Below, piece by piece: positions 56,966-64,000 of a stretch of 64,000 bases of DNA (the first letter of the stretch is position 1; the number at the start of each line of letters is the position of its first letter). Origin of the DNA: Mycobacterium sp. (GTDB lineage Bacteria; Actinomycetota; Actinomycetes; Mycobacteriales; Mycobacteriaceae); NCBI GenBank assembly GCA_035569455.1, contig DATMMZ010000285.1, forward strand, positions 9,189-73,188, given 5' to 3'. Below the pieces are notes generated by a model that was given only the letters and a program-made list of their open reading frames with translations, was not told the origin of the DNA and ran no database searches. A program made the translations under genes and the position numbers.

Positions 56966-58390
56966 CTACTCCGAAGAGTTGGGCTGCGAAAGGACCGGGT
57001 TGGGGATGTCGGGGTTGCGGTCGCTCCTGAAGAAGCCCGAGCTGGGGATGCCCTCGGCAGCTGCGTCACCGATGCCCGCGTCCCCGGTGCCTACGTTCCG
57101 CAATCCCGAGTCATTACCGCCCGAGGTGACCAAGCCCGAGGGGAGTGTGGTTCTGAGGAGCGGGGTGGTGGCGTTCTGGCCATTGGCCGCGCTGACGATC
57201 GGGTTCGGCGGACTGGTAAAGGCCGGGGTTTCCGGGGCCTGGTTGAACACGTCGGAATTTGCGAAGCCCGGGTTGAAGCCGCCCGCACTTCCGCCGGCCG
57301 GGTTGACGACGCTCGGGCTGAGGTTCGCCGCGTTCAACCCGCCCGTGACGTTGCCGGGGTTGAGGAGGCTCGTGCCCGGGCTCGGGGCCGCAAACCCGGG
57401 TCCTGCGAGTCCAGGGTTCCCCAAGCCCGCGTTCATGGCGCCGTTGACGGTGTTGAACGAGCCCGAGTGCCCGATGCCCACGTTTCCGGTGCCGGAGTTG
57501 AAAAGGCCGATGTTTCCGGTTGCGGAATTCCCCACGCCGATGTTGCCGCTACCCCAATTCAAGCCGCCGAAGCCCGGCTGATGATTGCCGGTAAGCCCGA
57601 ACCCGAAGTCCGCGTTGCCGGTATTTCCGAGGCCGATATTTGCGCTGCCGAAGCCTGTGCCGTTGTTTCCCGTGCCCCCGTAGCCCGCACTTTGGCTGCC
57701 GGCGTTTCCGGGGCCCGAGTTCGAACTGCCGTCGGTGGAGCCCGTGCCAAAGAGTGCGTTGTACAGGCTGCTCAGGTTTGATTCGCCAACGCCTGGGGCC
57801 ATACCGACGCGCCGGGGGCTGTGGCTGATGTGGTGGCCGCTGTTGCGGCCGCTGCCGAGGGTGTGCAGCAGCTGTCGCCAAGGCGCCAATCGCGCTGCCG
57901 CCGCCGACGCGTCGAAGTGGTAACCCGACATCGCGGCCACGTCCAGAGCCCACATCTGCTCGTACGCGGCCTCGATGTCCGCGATCGCCGGAGCGTTTTG
58001 CCCCAACCAGTTTGTGTTTGCCAACACCTGCATCAGGCCACGATTGGCCGCTACCACCGCGGGCTGCACGATGACCGCCAGCGCCGCTTCGAACGCGCCT
58101 GCGGCGACCGAGGCCTGCCCGGCGGCCTGCTCCGCCTGGACGGCCACCTGGCCGAGAAACGCCGCATACTGGGACGCCACTGCCATCATCGCCGCCGACG
58201 AAGGACCCAGCCATGAACCGCTGGCGAGGTCCTGTGTGACCGACCTAAAAGAAGCCGCCGACGACGCTAATTCCGAGGCCAGCGAGTCCCAGGCCGCGGC
58301 CGCGACAAGCAGCGGCCCCGAGCCGGGGCCGGCGAACATTAGTGCCGAATTGATCTCTGGCGGCAACCACGCAAAGTGCGGGTTTGTCAC
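56966..58390 (-). CDS. PPE10: PPE-MPTR family protein (PPE10 position)
   Basis: [21 protein letters not shown]; NxGxGNxG repeats; synteny with Rv0442c. Confidence 0.85.
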   Translation of the reverse strand: MTNPHFAWLPPEINSALMFAGPGSGPLLVAAAAWDSLASELASSAASFRSVTQDLASGSWLGPSSAAMMAVASQYAAFLGQVAVQAEQAAGQASVAAGAFEAALAVIVQPAVVAANRGLMQVLANTNWLGQNAPAIADIEAAYEQMWALDVAAMSGYHFDASAAAARLAPWRQLLHTLGSGRNSGHHISHSPRRVGMAPGVGESNLSSLYNALFGTGSTDGSSNSGPGNAGSQSAGYGGTGNNGTGFGSANIGLGNTGNADFGFGLTGNHQPGFGGLNWGSGNIGVGNSATGNIGLFNSGTGNVGIGHSGSFNTVNGAMNAGLGNPGLAGPGFAAPSPGTSLLNPGNVTGGLNAANLSPSVVNPAGGSAGGFNPGFANSDVFNQAPETPAFTSPPNPIVSAANGQNATTPLLRTTLPSGLVTSGGNDSGLRNVGTGDAGIGDAAAEGIPSSGFFRSDRNPDIPNPVLSQPNSSE

Positions 58391-58430
58391 CAATCCAAAC
58401 TACCGGGCGAGGCCCGCCGTCGTGGCCGTT

Positions 58431-60167
58431 TCAGCTGGAGATAGGAGCAGGTTGTCGGCCGCGGACCAACTTTCCGGGGCGTGCCTGGGTCGGCACCCCG
58501 TTCGCGGCGATCACCTCACCGGAGACCACCGTCGCGACGTAGCCGTCAGCCGTCTGGTCGAGGCGTCGACCGCCGGCCGGCAGGTCGTAGCTGATCACAG
58601 GTTTGTGCAGCCGCAGCGCGGCGTGATCGATGACGTTGAGGTCGGCCTTGTAGCCCACGGCGATGCGCCCGCGATCGCCCAGCCCGGCCACGCGGGCCGG
58701 CACGGAGGTGAGTTCGCGGACGGCCTGCGACACCGTGAACCGACCCGACGCGCGGTCCCGCGCCCAGTGCGCCAAGAAGTACGTCGAGTAGCTGGCGTCG
58801 CAGATCATGCCGTAGTGTGCGCCGCCGTCGCCCAGCCCCAGCACGACGTCGTCACGGTGCAGCAGCTCGCCGACGGTGTCCAGCGAGTTCTTCTCCAGGT
58901 TGCTCGTCGCGACCAAGAGCATGGCGCGCCCGTCGTCGTCGAGCAGCCGGTCGTAGGCCTCTTCCATCGGGTTCACACCCTTGGCCCGGGCCCGGGCCCC
59001 GATGCTGTCCGACGGGTTGGGTTCGTAGTTGGGGTTGTCTCCCAGCGCGAAGATCCAATCCCACATCTGGGCCACGTACAGGATCGGGTGCCCGACGCCG
59101 GGCTTGTCGGCGAGTATGCGGGCACGGACCTCGGGCTTGCGCATCTCGGCCACCCGCTCGGCCAGCGGCAGGTGTGCGATCTCGCGATAGCTGGGGTAGA
59201 GCACGAACGGGTTGGCGCTCAGCTGCAGCCCGATGATCAGCCCGATCGGGCGCGGCAGCAGCTGCGCGGTAAATCGGACCCCGCCGCCCGCATTTTTATT
59301 CGCCTTCTCCACCATGGTGATGGCATCCGGCCATGTGGGGTCACCCGAGTTGGCGACCACCAGTGTGAAGGTGACCGGCAGCCCGACGTCTTCGGCGACG
59401 TCGAAGACCGTCTGCAGCACCGGCTGGTAGCCGCCGGCCGGGATGTCGGGCACGAATTGGAGCAGGCCGCCGCCGGCGTCGACCACGCCCCTGGCGATCT
59501 CCTCGATCTCCTCGCGGGCGGCGTCGTAGCTCGGGATCGGCGAACCGCTTTCGGTCTTGTGGATCGTCAATCGCGAGGACGCGAAACCCAGCGCCCCGAT
59601 CTCAATGGCCTCCTTGGCCAACGCCCGCATCTTCGCGAGGTCCTCGGCGGTGGCCGGCTCGCGGTCGGCGCCGCGCTGGCCCATCACGTAGACCCGCAGC
59701 GGGGAGTGCGGCAGATAGGCGGCCACGTCGATGTCGCGCTTGCCGGCCTCCAGCGCGTCCATGTATTGGGGGAAGGTCTCCCAGGACCACGGCAGGCCGT
59801 CGGTCATCACGACGCCGGGAATGTCCTCCACCCCGGCCATCACGTCGACCAGGACGTCGTGGTCTTCTTTGCGGCACGGCGCGAAGCCGACGCCGCAGTT
59901 GCCCATTACCACCGTGGTGACCCCGTGTGCCGACGACGGCGTCAGGCGTTCCGACCAGATGGCCTGGCCGTCGTAGTGGGTGTGCAGGTCGACGAAGCCC
60001 GGGGTGACCAGCAGCCCGGTGGCGTCGATCTCGTGCTCGGCAGAATCGCCGTTGATGTGTCCCACTGCCGCGATGACGCCGTCGCGCACCGCGACGTCGC
60101 CCACGTACGGCTCACCTCCCAGCCCGTCGACGATGGTGCCATTGCGGATGAGGAGGTCGTAGGTCAT
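58431..60167 (-). CDS. N-acyl-D-amino-acid deacylase-like amidohydrolase
   Basis: PGFVDLHTHYD, GNCGVG, DGGAH, GYKADL. Confidence 0.9.
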   Translation of the reverse strand: MTYDLLIRNGTIVDGLGGEPYVGDVAVRDGVIAAVGHINGDSAEHEIDATGLLVTPGFVDLHTHYDGQAIWSERLTPSSAHGVTTVVMGNCGVGFAPCRKEDHDVLVDVMAGVEDIPGVVMTDGLPWSWETFPQYMDALEAGKRDIDVAAYLPHSPLRVYVMGQRGADREPATAEDLAKMRALAKEAIEIGALGFASSRLTIHKTESGSPIPSYDAAREEIEEIARGVVDAGGGLLQFVPDIPAGGYQPVLQTVFDVAEDVGLPVTFTLVVANSGDPTWPDAITMVEKANKNAGGGVRFTAQLLPRPIGLIIGLQLSANPFVLYPSYREIAHLPLAERVAEMRKPEVRARILADKPGVGHPILYVAQMWDWIFALGDNPNYEPNPSDSIGARARAKGVNPMEEAYDRLLDDDGRAMLLVATSNLEKNSLDTVGELLHRDDVVLGLGDGGAHYGMICDASYSTYFLAHWARDRASGRFTVSQAVRELTSVPARVAGLGDRGRIAVGYKADLNVIDHAALRLHKPVISYDLPAGGRRLDQTADGYVATVVSGEVIAANGVPTQARPGKLVRGRQPAPISS

Positions 60168-60214
60168 CTAAATAATCTACGACCGCTCCGGTGGATCGTG
60201 CCAGGATCGATCGT

Positions 60215-60597
60215 GTGATCGACCACACCGGAATCAACTGCGCCGACTACGCGAGGTCGCAGACGTTCTACGACGCGGTGCTCGGGGTGCTCGGCTTCTC
60301 ACGTCAGATGGATTTCGGCAGGGCCGTCGGCTACGGGCGCGACGGCAGGCCGGCCTTCTGGATCTCCGAGGGTGCCGGCATGGGGCCCAATCGGGAATCC
60401 ACCTCGCCTTCGAGGCGGCCGACGAAAACGCGGTGCGCGGGTTCCACGAGGCCGCGGTGGGGCTGGGTGCCGAGTCGTTGCACGCACCTCGGCTCTGGCC
60501 CGAATATCACCCCGGTTACTTCGCTGTCTCCCTGGCGCCGACGCGCTGCGATCCCGATGGCAACAACGTCGAAGCGGTCTGGCACGGGGGTCCGTAG
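60215..60597 (+). pseudogene. Frameshifted VOC/glyoxalase-family gene
   Basis: IDHTGI...FWI...PNRE, then a shift near 60397 into HLAFEA...PEYHPGYF...DPDGNNVEAV, ending at TAG 60595-60597. Confidence 0.8.
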
Positions 60598-60607
60598 GGT
60601 CGCTGGT

Positions 60608-61123
60608 ATGGCAAACACCGACGCCGCCGCCCAAGAACTGCTTCGCGACGCCTTCACCCGGTTGATCGAACACGTCGACGAACTCACCGAGGGGCTGACC
60701 GACGAGATAGCCAACTACCAGCCGACCCCGGCCGCCAACAGCATCGCCTGGCTGATCTGGCACAGCGCCCGGGTGCAGGACATTCAGCTGGCGCATGTGG
60801 CCGGTGTCGAGGAGGTGTGGACCCGCGACGGCTGGGTGGACCGGTTTGCGCTGGACCTACCTCGCCATGACACCGGCTACGGCCACGGTGCCCGAGAGGT
60901 GGCGAAGGTACGGGCACCCGCCGACCTGCTGTCCGGCTACTACCACGCGGTGCACAAGCTCAGCCTCGAGTACATCGCCACCGTGACCGCGGACGAGTTG
61001 TCCCGCATCGTCGATACCAGCTGGGATCCGCCGGTGACCGCCAGCGCGCGGCTGGTGAGCATCATCGACGACTGCGCACAGCACCTCGGGCAGGCCGCCT
61101 ACGTGCGGGGGATCGCACCGTAA
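60608..61123 (+). CDS. DinB-family mycothiol S-transferase (Rv0443 orthologue)
   Basis: NSIAWLIWH.ARVQD, D..QHLGQAAY; TAGGGT -10 7 nt upstream of ATG. Confidence 0.9.
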   Translation: MANTDAAAQELLRDAFTRLIEHVDELTEGLTDEIANYQPTPAANSIAWLIWHSARVQDIQLAHVAGVEEVWTRDGWVDRFALDLPRHDTGYGHGAREVAKVRAPADLLSGYYHAVHKLSLEYIATVTADELSRIVDTSWDPPVTASARLVSIIDDCAQHLGQAAYVRGIAP

Positions 61124-61132
61124 ATTGGCGGC

Positions 61133-61990
61133 GTGCGATTCGCGCTGACGGTTGTGCTGTGGCTGGCCACCACGGTTGCGCTGGCAGTGGCGGTCCCGGC
61201 GGTGTGGGCACAGCTGAACGTCGTCGGCGAGGATGGCTACGCCACGCTCGCCCAGAAAGCGGCGGGCGATCCTGCGCTGCAATCCGCCGCGGCGACCGAA
61301 CTCACCACGCGGGCGATGGCACTCATTGCCGCGCACGGTGGGGGAAAGTACTCGGTCGACAGCTCTCAGGTGCACGACACCGCCACCGCATTCACGGCCA
61401 GCCCGTCGTTTCCGCCGCTGTTCGCAAACGCGAACCGGGCGGCGCACCGCTGGTTGTTCTCCGACGCCCGACCCGGCGATTCGTGGGTGGTCGACGTGGC
61501 CCCGATGCTCAACGACAGCTCGTTTCAGCCGATTTTGAGCGCCTACAACGTGAAGGTGCCCGCGACGCTGACCGTTCCGCTGACGGTATCGGTTCCTTCA
61601 ACGGGTCAGTCGGTGCGGCAGGGACAGCTGAGCAGGCTCGCCGCGTGGGGCCCGTGGGTGAGCATCGTCGCGGTAGCGGTGAGCGGTTTCTGCGGGCTGC
61701 TGACGGTTGCCGCCGCGCGCCGCCGCGGCAAGGCGATGACCAGCCTCGGCGTTTCGGCGCTGCTCGTCGGCGCGGCCGGATGGGCGGGCATCGAGGTCGG
61801 TCGCCGCTATATCGGCGACGCGCTGAATCGGACTGGCGGCGATATCCGCCAGATCGCCGACGTGATGGTCCACCACGCCGAGGCCAGCCTGCACCAATGG
61901 CTGAACGTGACGCTCATCGCGGGGGTCGTGCTGGTCGGATTCGGGGTGATCGTTGCGATGCTGGGCAGCGTGCGGCGCCCGTCAAGTTAG
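61133..61990 (+). CDS. Hypothetical membrane protein
   Basis: One N-terminal and three C-terminal hydrophobic segments; GTG start 9 nt after the Rv0443 stop. Confidence 0.75.
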   Translation: MRFALTVVLWLATTVALAVAVPAVWAQLNVVGEDGYATLAQKAAGDPALQSAAATELTTRAMALIAAHGGGKYSVDSSQVHDTATAFTASPSFPPLFANANRAAHRWLFSDARPGDSWVVDVAPMLNDSSFQPILSAYNVKVPATLTVPLTVSVPSTGQSVRQGQLSRLAAWGPWVSIVAVAVSGFCGLLTVAAARRRGKAMTSLGVSALLVGAAGWAGIEVGRRYIGDALNRTGGDIRQIADVMVHHAEASLHQWLNVTLIAGVVLVGFGVIVAMLGSVRRPSS

Positions 61991-62680
61991 CGGCAACTCG
62001 GCCAATATCGCACTCGTCGGCTGCGGCGACCCGTTGCCGGGTTCGACGGTGAACGCCAGCGCCGTCGAGCCTGAAAGGTTGGTGAGCGTCGCGGTCGTCG
62101 AGGGCGCCACGGCCGCGGTGCCCATCGTCCCCGCCGATGTTGGGCCCTTGTCGCCTATCAGCCACATTTGATAGACGGTGCCCGGGGACGGCGGCGGCAC
62201 GTTGTTCATCACCAGCACGCCCTCGTTGCGGTCGCGGGAGAACATCACCGTGGCCATCCCGTTGGCGAGTGGGCGGGAGACCGTGCGCACATCCGGAGCC
62301 GACAGGATCTGCTCGGCGACGGTCTGCGTTGCGTGCGGCCGCGTCAGCACCCCGATGCCGAACGCCGCGGCACCCACCACGATCGCGGCCGCCGCGGACG
62401 CGAAAGCAGCTGTACGCCAACGCAGCTGGCGGCCGGAATCGGGCTTGACGGCGGCGAGCGTCGCCGCGCGCAGGTGTGCGGGTGCTTCGGCTGCGGTCGC
62501 CGCCGACACGATCGCCATCGTCTCGCGGACGCCGCGAACTTCGTTGGCGAAGGCCGCCGCGACCGGCGCGGGCGCGGCCGCGACCCGCCGGTCGATGTCG
62601 GCTCGCTCCGCATCTGACATCGCATGCAGGGCATACGGTGTGGCCAGCTCGAGCAGTTCGAAGTCGGTCGGCTCGGTCAT
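61982..62680 (-). CDS. rskA: Anti-sigma-K factor RskA
   Basis: ELATPYAL, central [20 protein letters not shown]; ATGA overlap with sigK. Confidence 0.94.
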   Translation of the reverse strand: MTEPTDFELLELATPYALHAMSDAERADIDRRVAAAPAPVAAAFANEVRGVRETMAIVSAATAAEAPAHLRAATLAAVKPDSGRQLRWRTAAFASAAAAIVVGAAAFGIGVLTRPHATQTVAEQILSAPDVRTVSRPLANGMATVMFSRDRNEGVLVMNNVPPPSPGTVYQMWLIGDKGPTSAGTMGTAAVAPSTTATLTNLSGSTALAFTVEPGNGSPQPTSAILAELPLT

Positions 62681-63240
62681 GATACGTCCAGGCAATTGCG
62701 CAGGCCGCGTAGCGCATCGCGCATGCGTGACTTGATCGTCGACAAATTGGCGGCTAACCGCCGCGACACCTCGGCGTAAGTCAGGCCGCCGTAGTAGGCC
62801 ATTTCGATGCACTGCCGCTGCGCATCCGTCAACGCGTCCAGGCATGCGATCACCCGGCGACGCTCGTCACCGGCGATCGCCGATTCGGCGACGACATCTC
62901 TTGCGGGGTCGACATTGGCCGCGCCGTAGCGCGATTCCCGCGCAGTGCCGGCTTGCTCGGTGCGAACCCGGTCGATGGCGCGCCGGTGCGCCATGGTCAG
63001 CAGCCAGGCGAGGGCGGAACCCTTGGCGGAATCGTATTCCGACGCGGACCGCCACACCTCGAGATAGACCTCCTGGGTGGTTTCTTCGCTGTAGCCGGAA
63101 TCACGCAGCACACGTACCACCAGCCCATACACCCGCGAATTGGTCTGGTCGTAGAACGCGCCGAACGCGTTGCGGTCCCCACGCGCGACCCTGCGCAGCA
63201 AGGCGTCCAGGTCGCTGCTCAGCCGTGCCGGTCCGGTCAT
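62677..63240 (-). CDS. sigK: ECF sigma factor SigK
   Basis: [25 protein letters not shown]...QC, IKSRMRD...CL. Confidence 0.95.
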   Translation of the reverse strand: MTGPARLSSDLDALLRRVARGDRNAFGAFYDQTNSRVYGLVVRVLRDSGYSEETTQEVYLEVWRSASEYDSAKGSALAWLLTMAHRRAIDRVRTEQAGTARESRYGAANVDPARDVVAESAIAGDERRRVIACLDALTDAQRQCIEMAYYGGLTYAEVSRRLAANLSTIKSRMRDALRGLRNCLDVS

Positions 63241-63261
63241 CGATCGGTAGCTTATCGCCTG

Positions 63262-64000
63262 TCATCGAGGTACCGATCTGGGTGGCCGAGGGAAGAAGAA
63301 CGCCGTCCGTGCCTGGTACTCGGCGAACCCGGGGCGGCCGGCCATCAACTTCTCGGTGAGCCGGGCGCCGGTCACATACACCAGGAAGTACGTCATGAGC
63401 AGTGGCGAGCCCACCGTGGCCAACGACAACCAGCCGTTGATGGTGATCAGCCACAACCCCCACCAGACGGTGGCGTCACCGAAATAATTGGGGTGCCGCG
63501 TCCAGGCCCACAGGCCACGATCCATCACCACACCGCGATTCGCCGGGTCCGATTTGAAGACCCGCAGCTGCCGATCGCCGACGGCTTCGAAGGTGACACC
63601 CACCAGCCAGACGGCCACGCCCAGCACCGTGACGGCGGTGAGCGGTTTCGGCGTGGGGCCGGTCACCGCCGACAGCTGCAGCGGGAATGAGACGAACCAG
63701 GTGATGAAGCCTTGCAGCAGAAAGACCTTGCGCACCACCTGGGTGGGTGTGGTGTCCCGCAGCAGGGCCGCGTAGCGCGGATCCTCCCCTTTGCCGACGG
63801 TCTTGCGCTGTATGTGCCAGCTCAGCCGCAGACCCCAGATCGTCACCAGTGCCAGCAGCAGCCACCGCCGGGTCGGGTCGCCGTGGCCGAGTGTCGCGGC
63901 GACGGCGGCGATGGCCACGAAGCCCACACCCCAAGCCACGTCGACGACGTTGTAGCGCCCGATCCGCCTGCCGATCGCGAACGTGACCGAATGCACCACG
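63262..64000 (-). CDS. DUF1295 membrane protein (Rv0446c orthologue; 5' end outside the window)
   Basis: VVDVAWG, GEDPRY, GLWAWTRHPNYFG. Confidence 0.9.
   Translation of the reverse strand, partial: VVHSVTFAIGRRIGRYNVVDVAWGVGFVAIAAVAATLGHGDPTRRWLLLALVTIWGLRLSWHIQRKTVGKGEDPRYAALLRDTTPTQVVRKVFLLQGFITWFVSFPLQLSAVTGPTPKPLTAVTVLGVAVWLVGVTFEAVGDRQLRVFKSDPANRGVVMDRGLWAWTRHPNYFGDATVWWGLWLITINGWLSLATVGSPLLMTYFLVYVTGARLTEKLMAGRPGFAEYQARTAFFFPRPPRSVPR

Noticed and set aside
57300-57720. Short repeats as a possible CRISPR or VNTR
   Set aside because: They are coding NxGxG MPTR repeats of the PPE gene; no spacer structure or cas genes.
57975-60218. 747-aa plus-strand ORF
   Set aside because: Antisense shadow of the amidohydrolase and PPE genes.

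Overview
GC-rich chromosomal segment of a slow-growing mycobacterium. It is colinear with the M. tuberculosis Rv0410c-Rv0446c block: pknG-glnH-glnX, mutT3, thiE/thiOSG, lpqL/lpqM, thiD/thiC, ctpH, xthA, def, Rv0430/virR/sodC, pssA/psd/moeA2, groEL2, PPE10, Rv0443, rskA/sigK. Extra genes that I do not recall from H37Rv suggest a non-tuberculous species. No rRNA, tRNA, CRISPR array or transposase was seen. Two TPP riboswitches, two CIRCE boxes and several operator-like palindromes are visible. Main points of interest: (1) a sigma-factor-less signalling island with PAS-ANTAR, STAS, a ~1300-aa HisKA-HATPase-REC-GAF-PP2C-RsbW-like hybrid and a second STAS; (2) an expanded surface-peptidase cluster with a probably catalytically dead LpqL paralogue and tandem LpqM copies, flanked by dispanin, DUF2752 and DUF4190 membrane proteins; (3) an Rv1535-like small ORF antisense to the ctpH 3' end; (4) a TetR-controlled monooxygenase/hydrolase cassette with a four-box operator and an adjacent deletion scar; (5) an identical 14-mer promoter core upstream of both TPP riboswitches, with a MIRU-like element inside the thiC leader. 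Homology calls rest on recalled motifs and synteny; no database searches were run.
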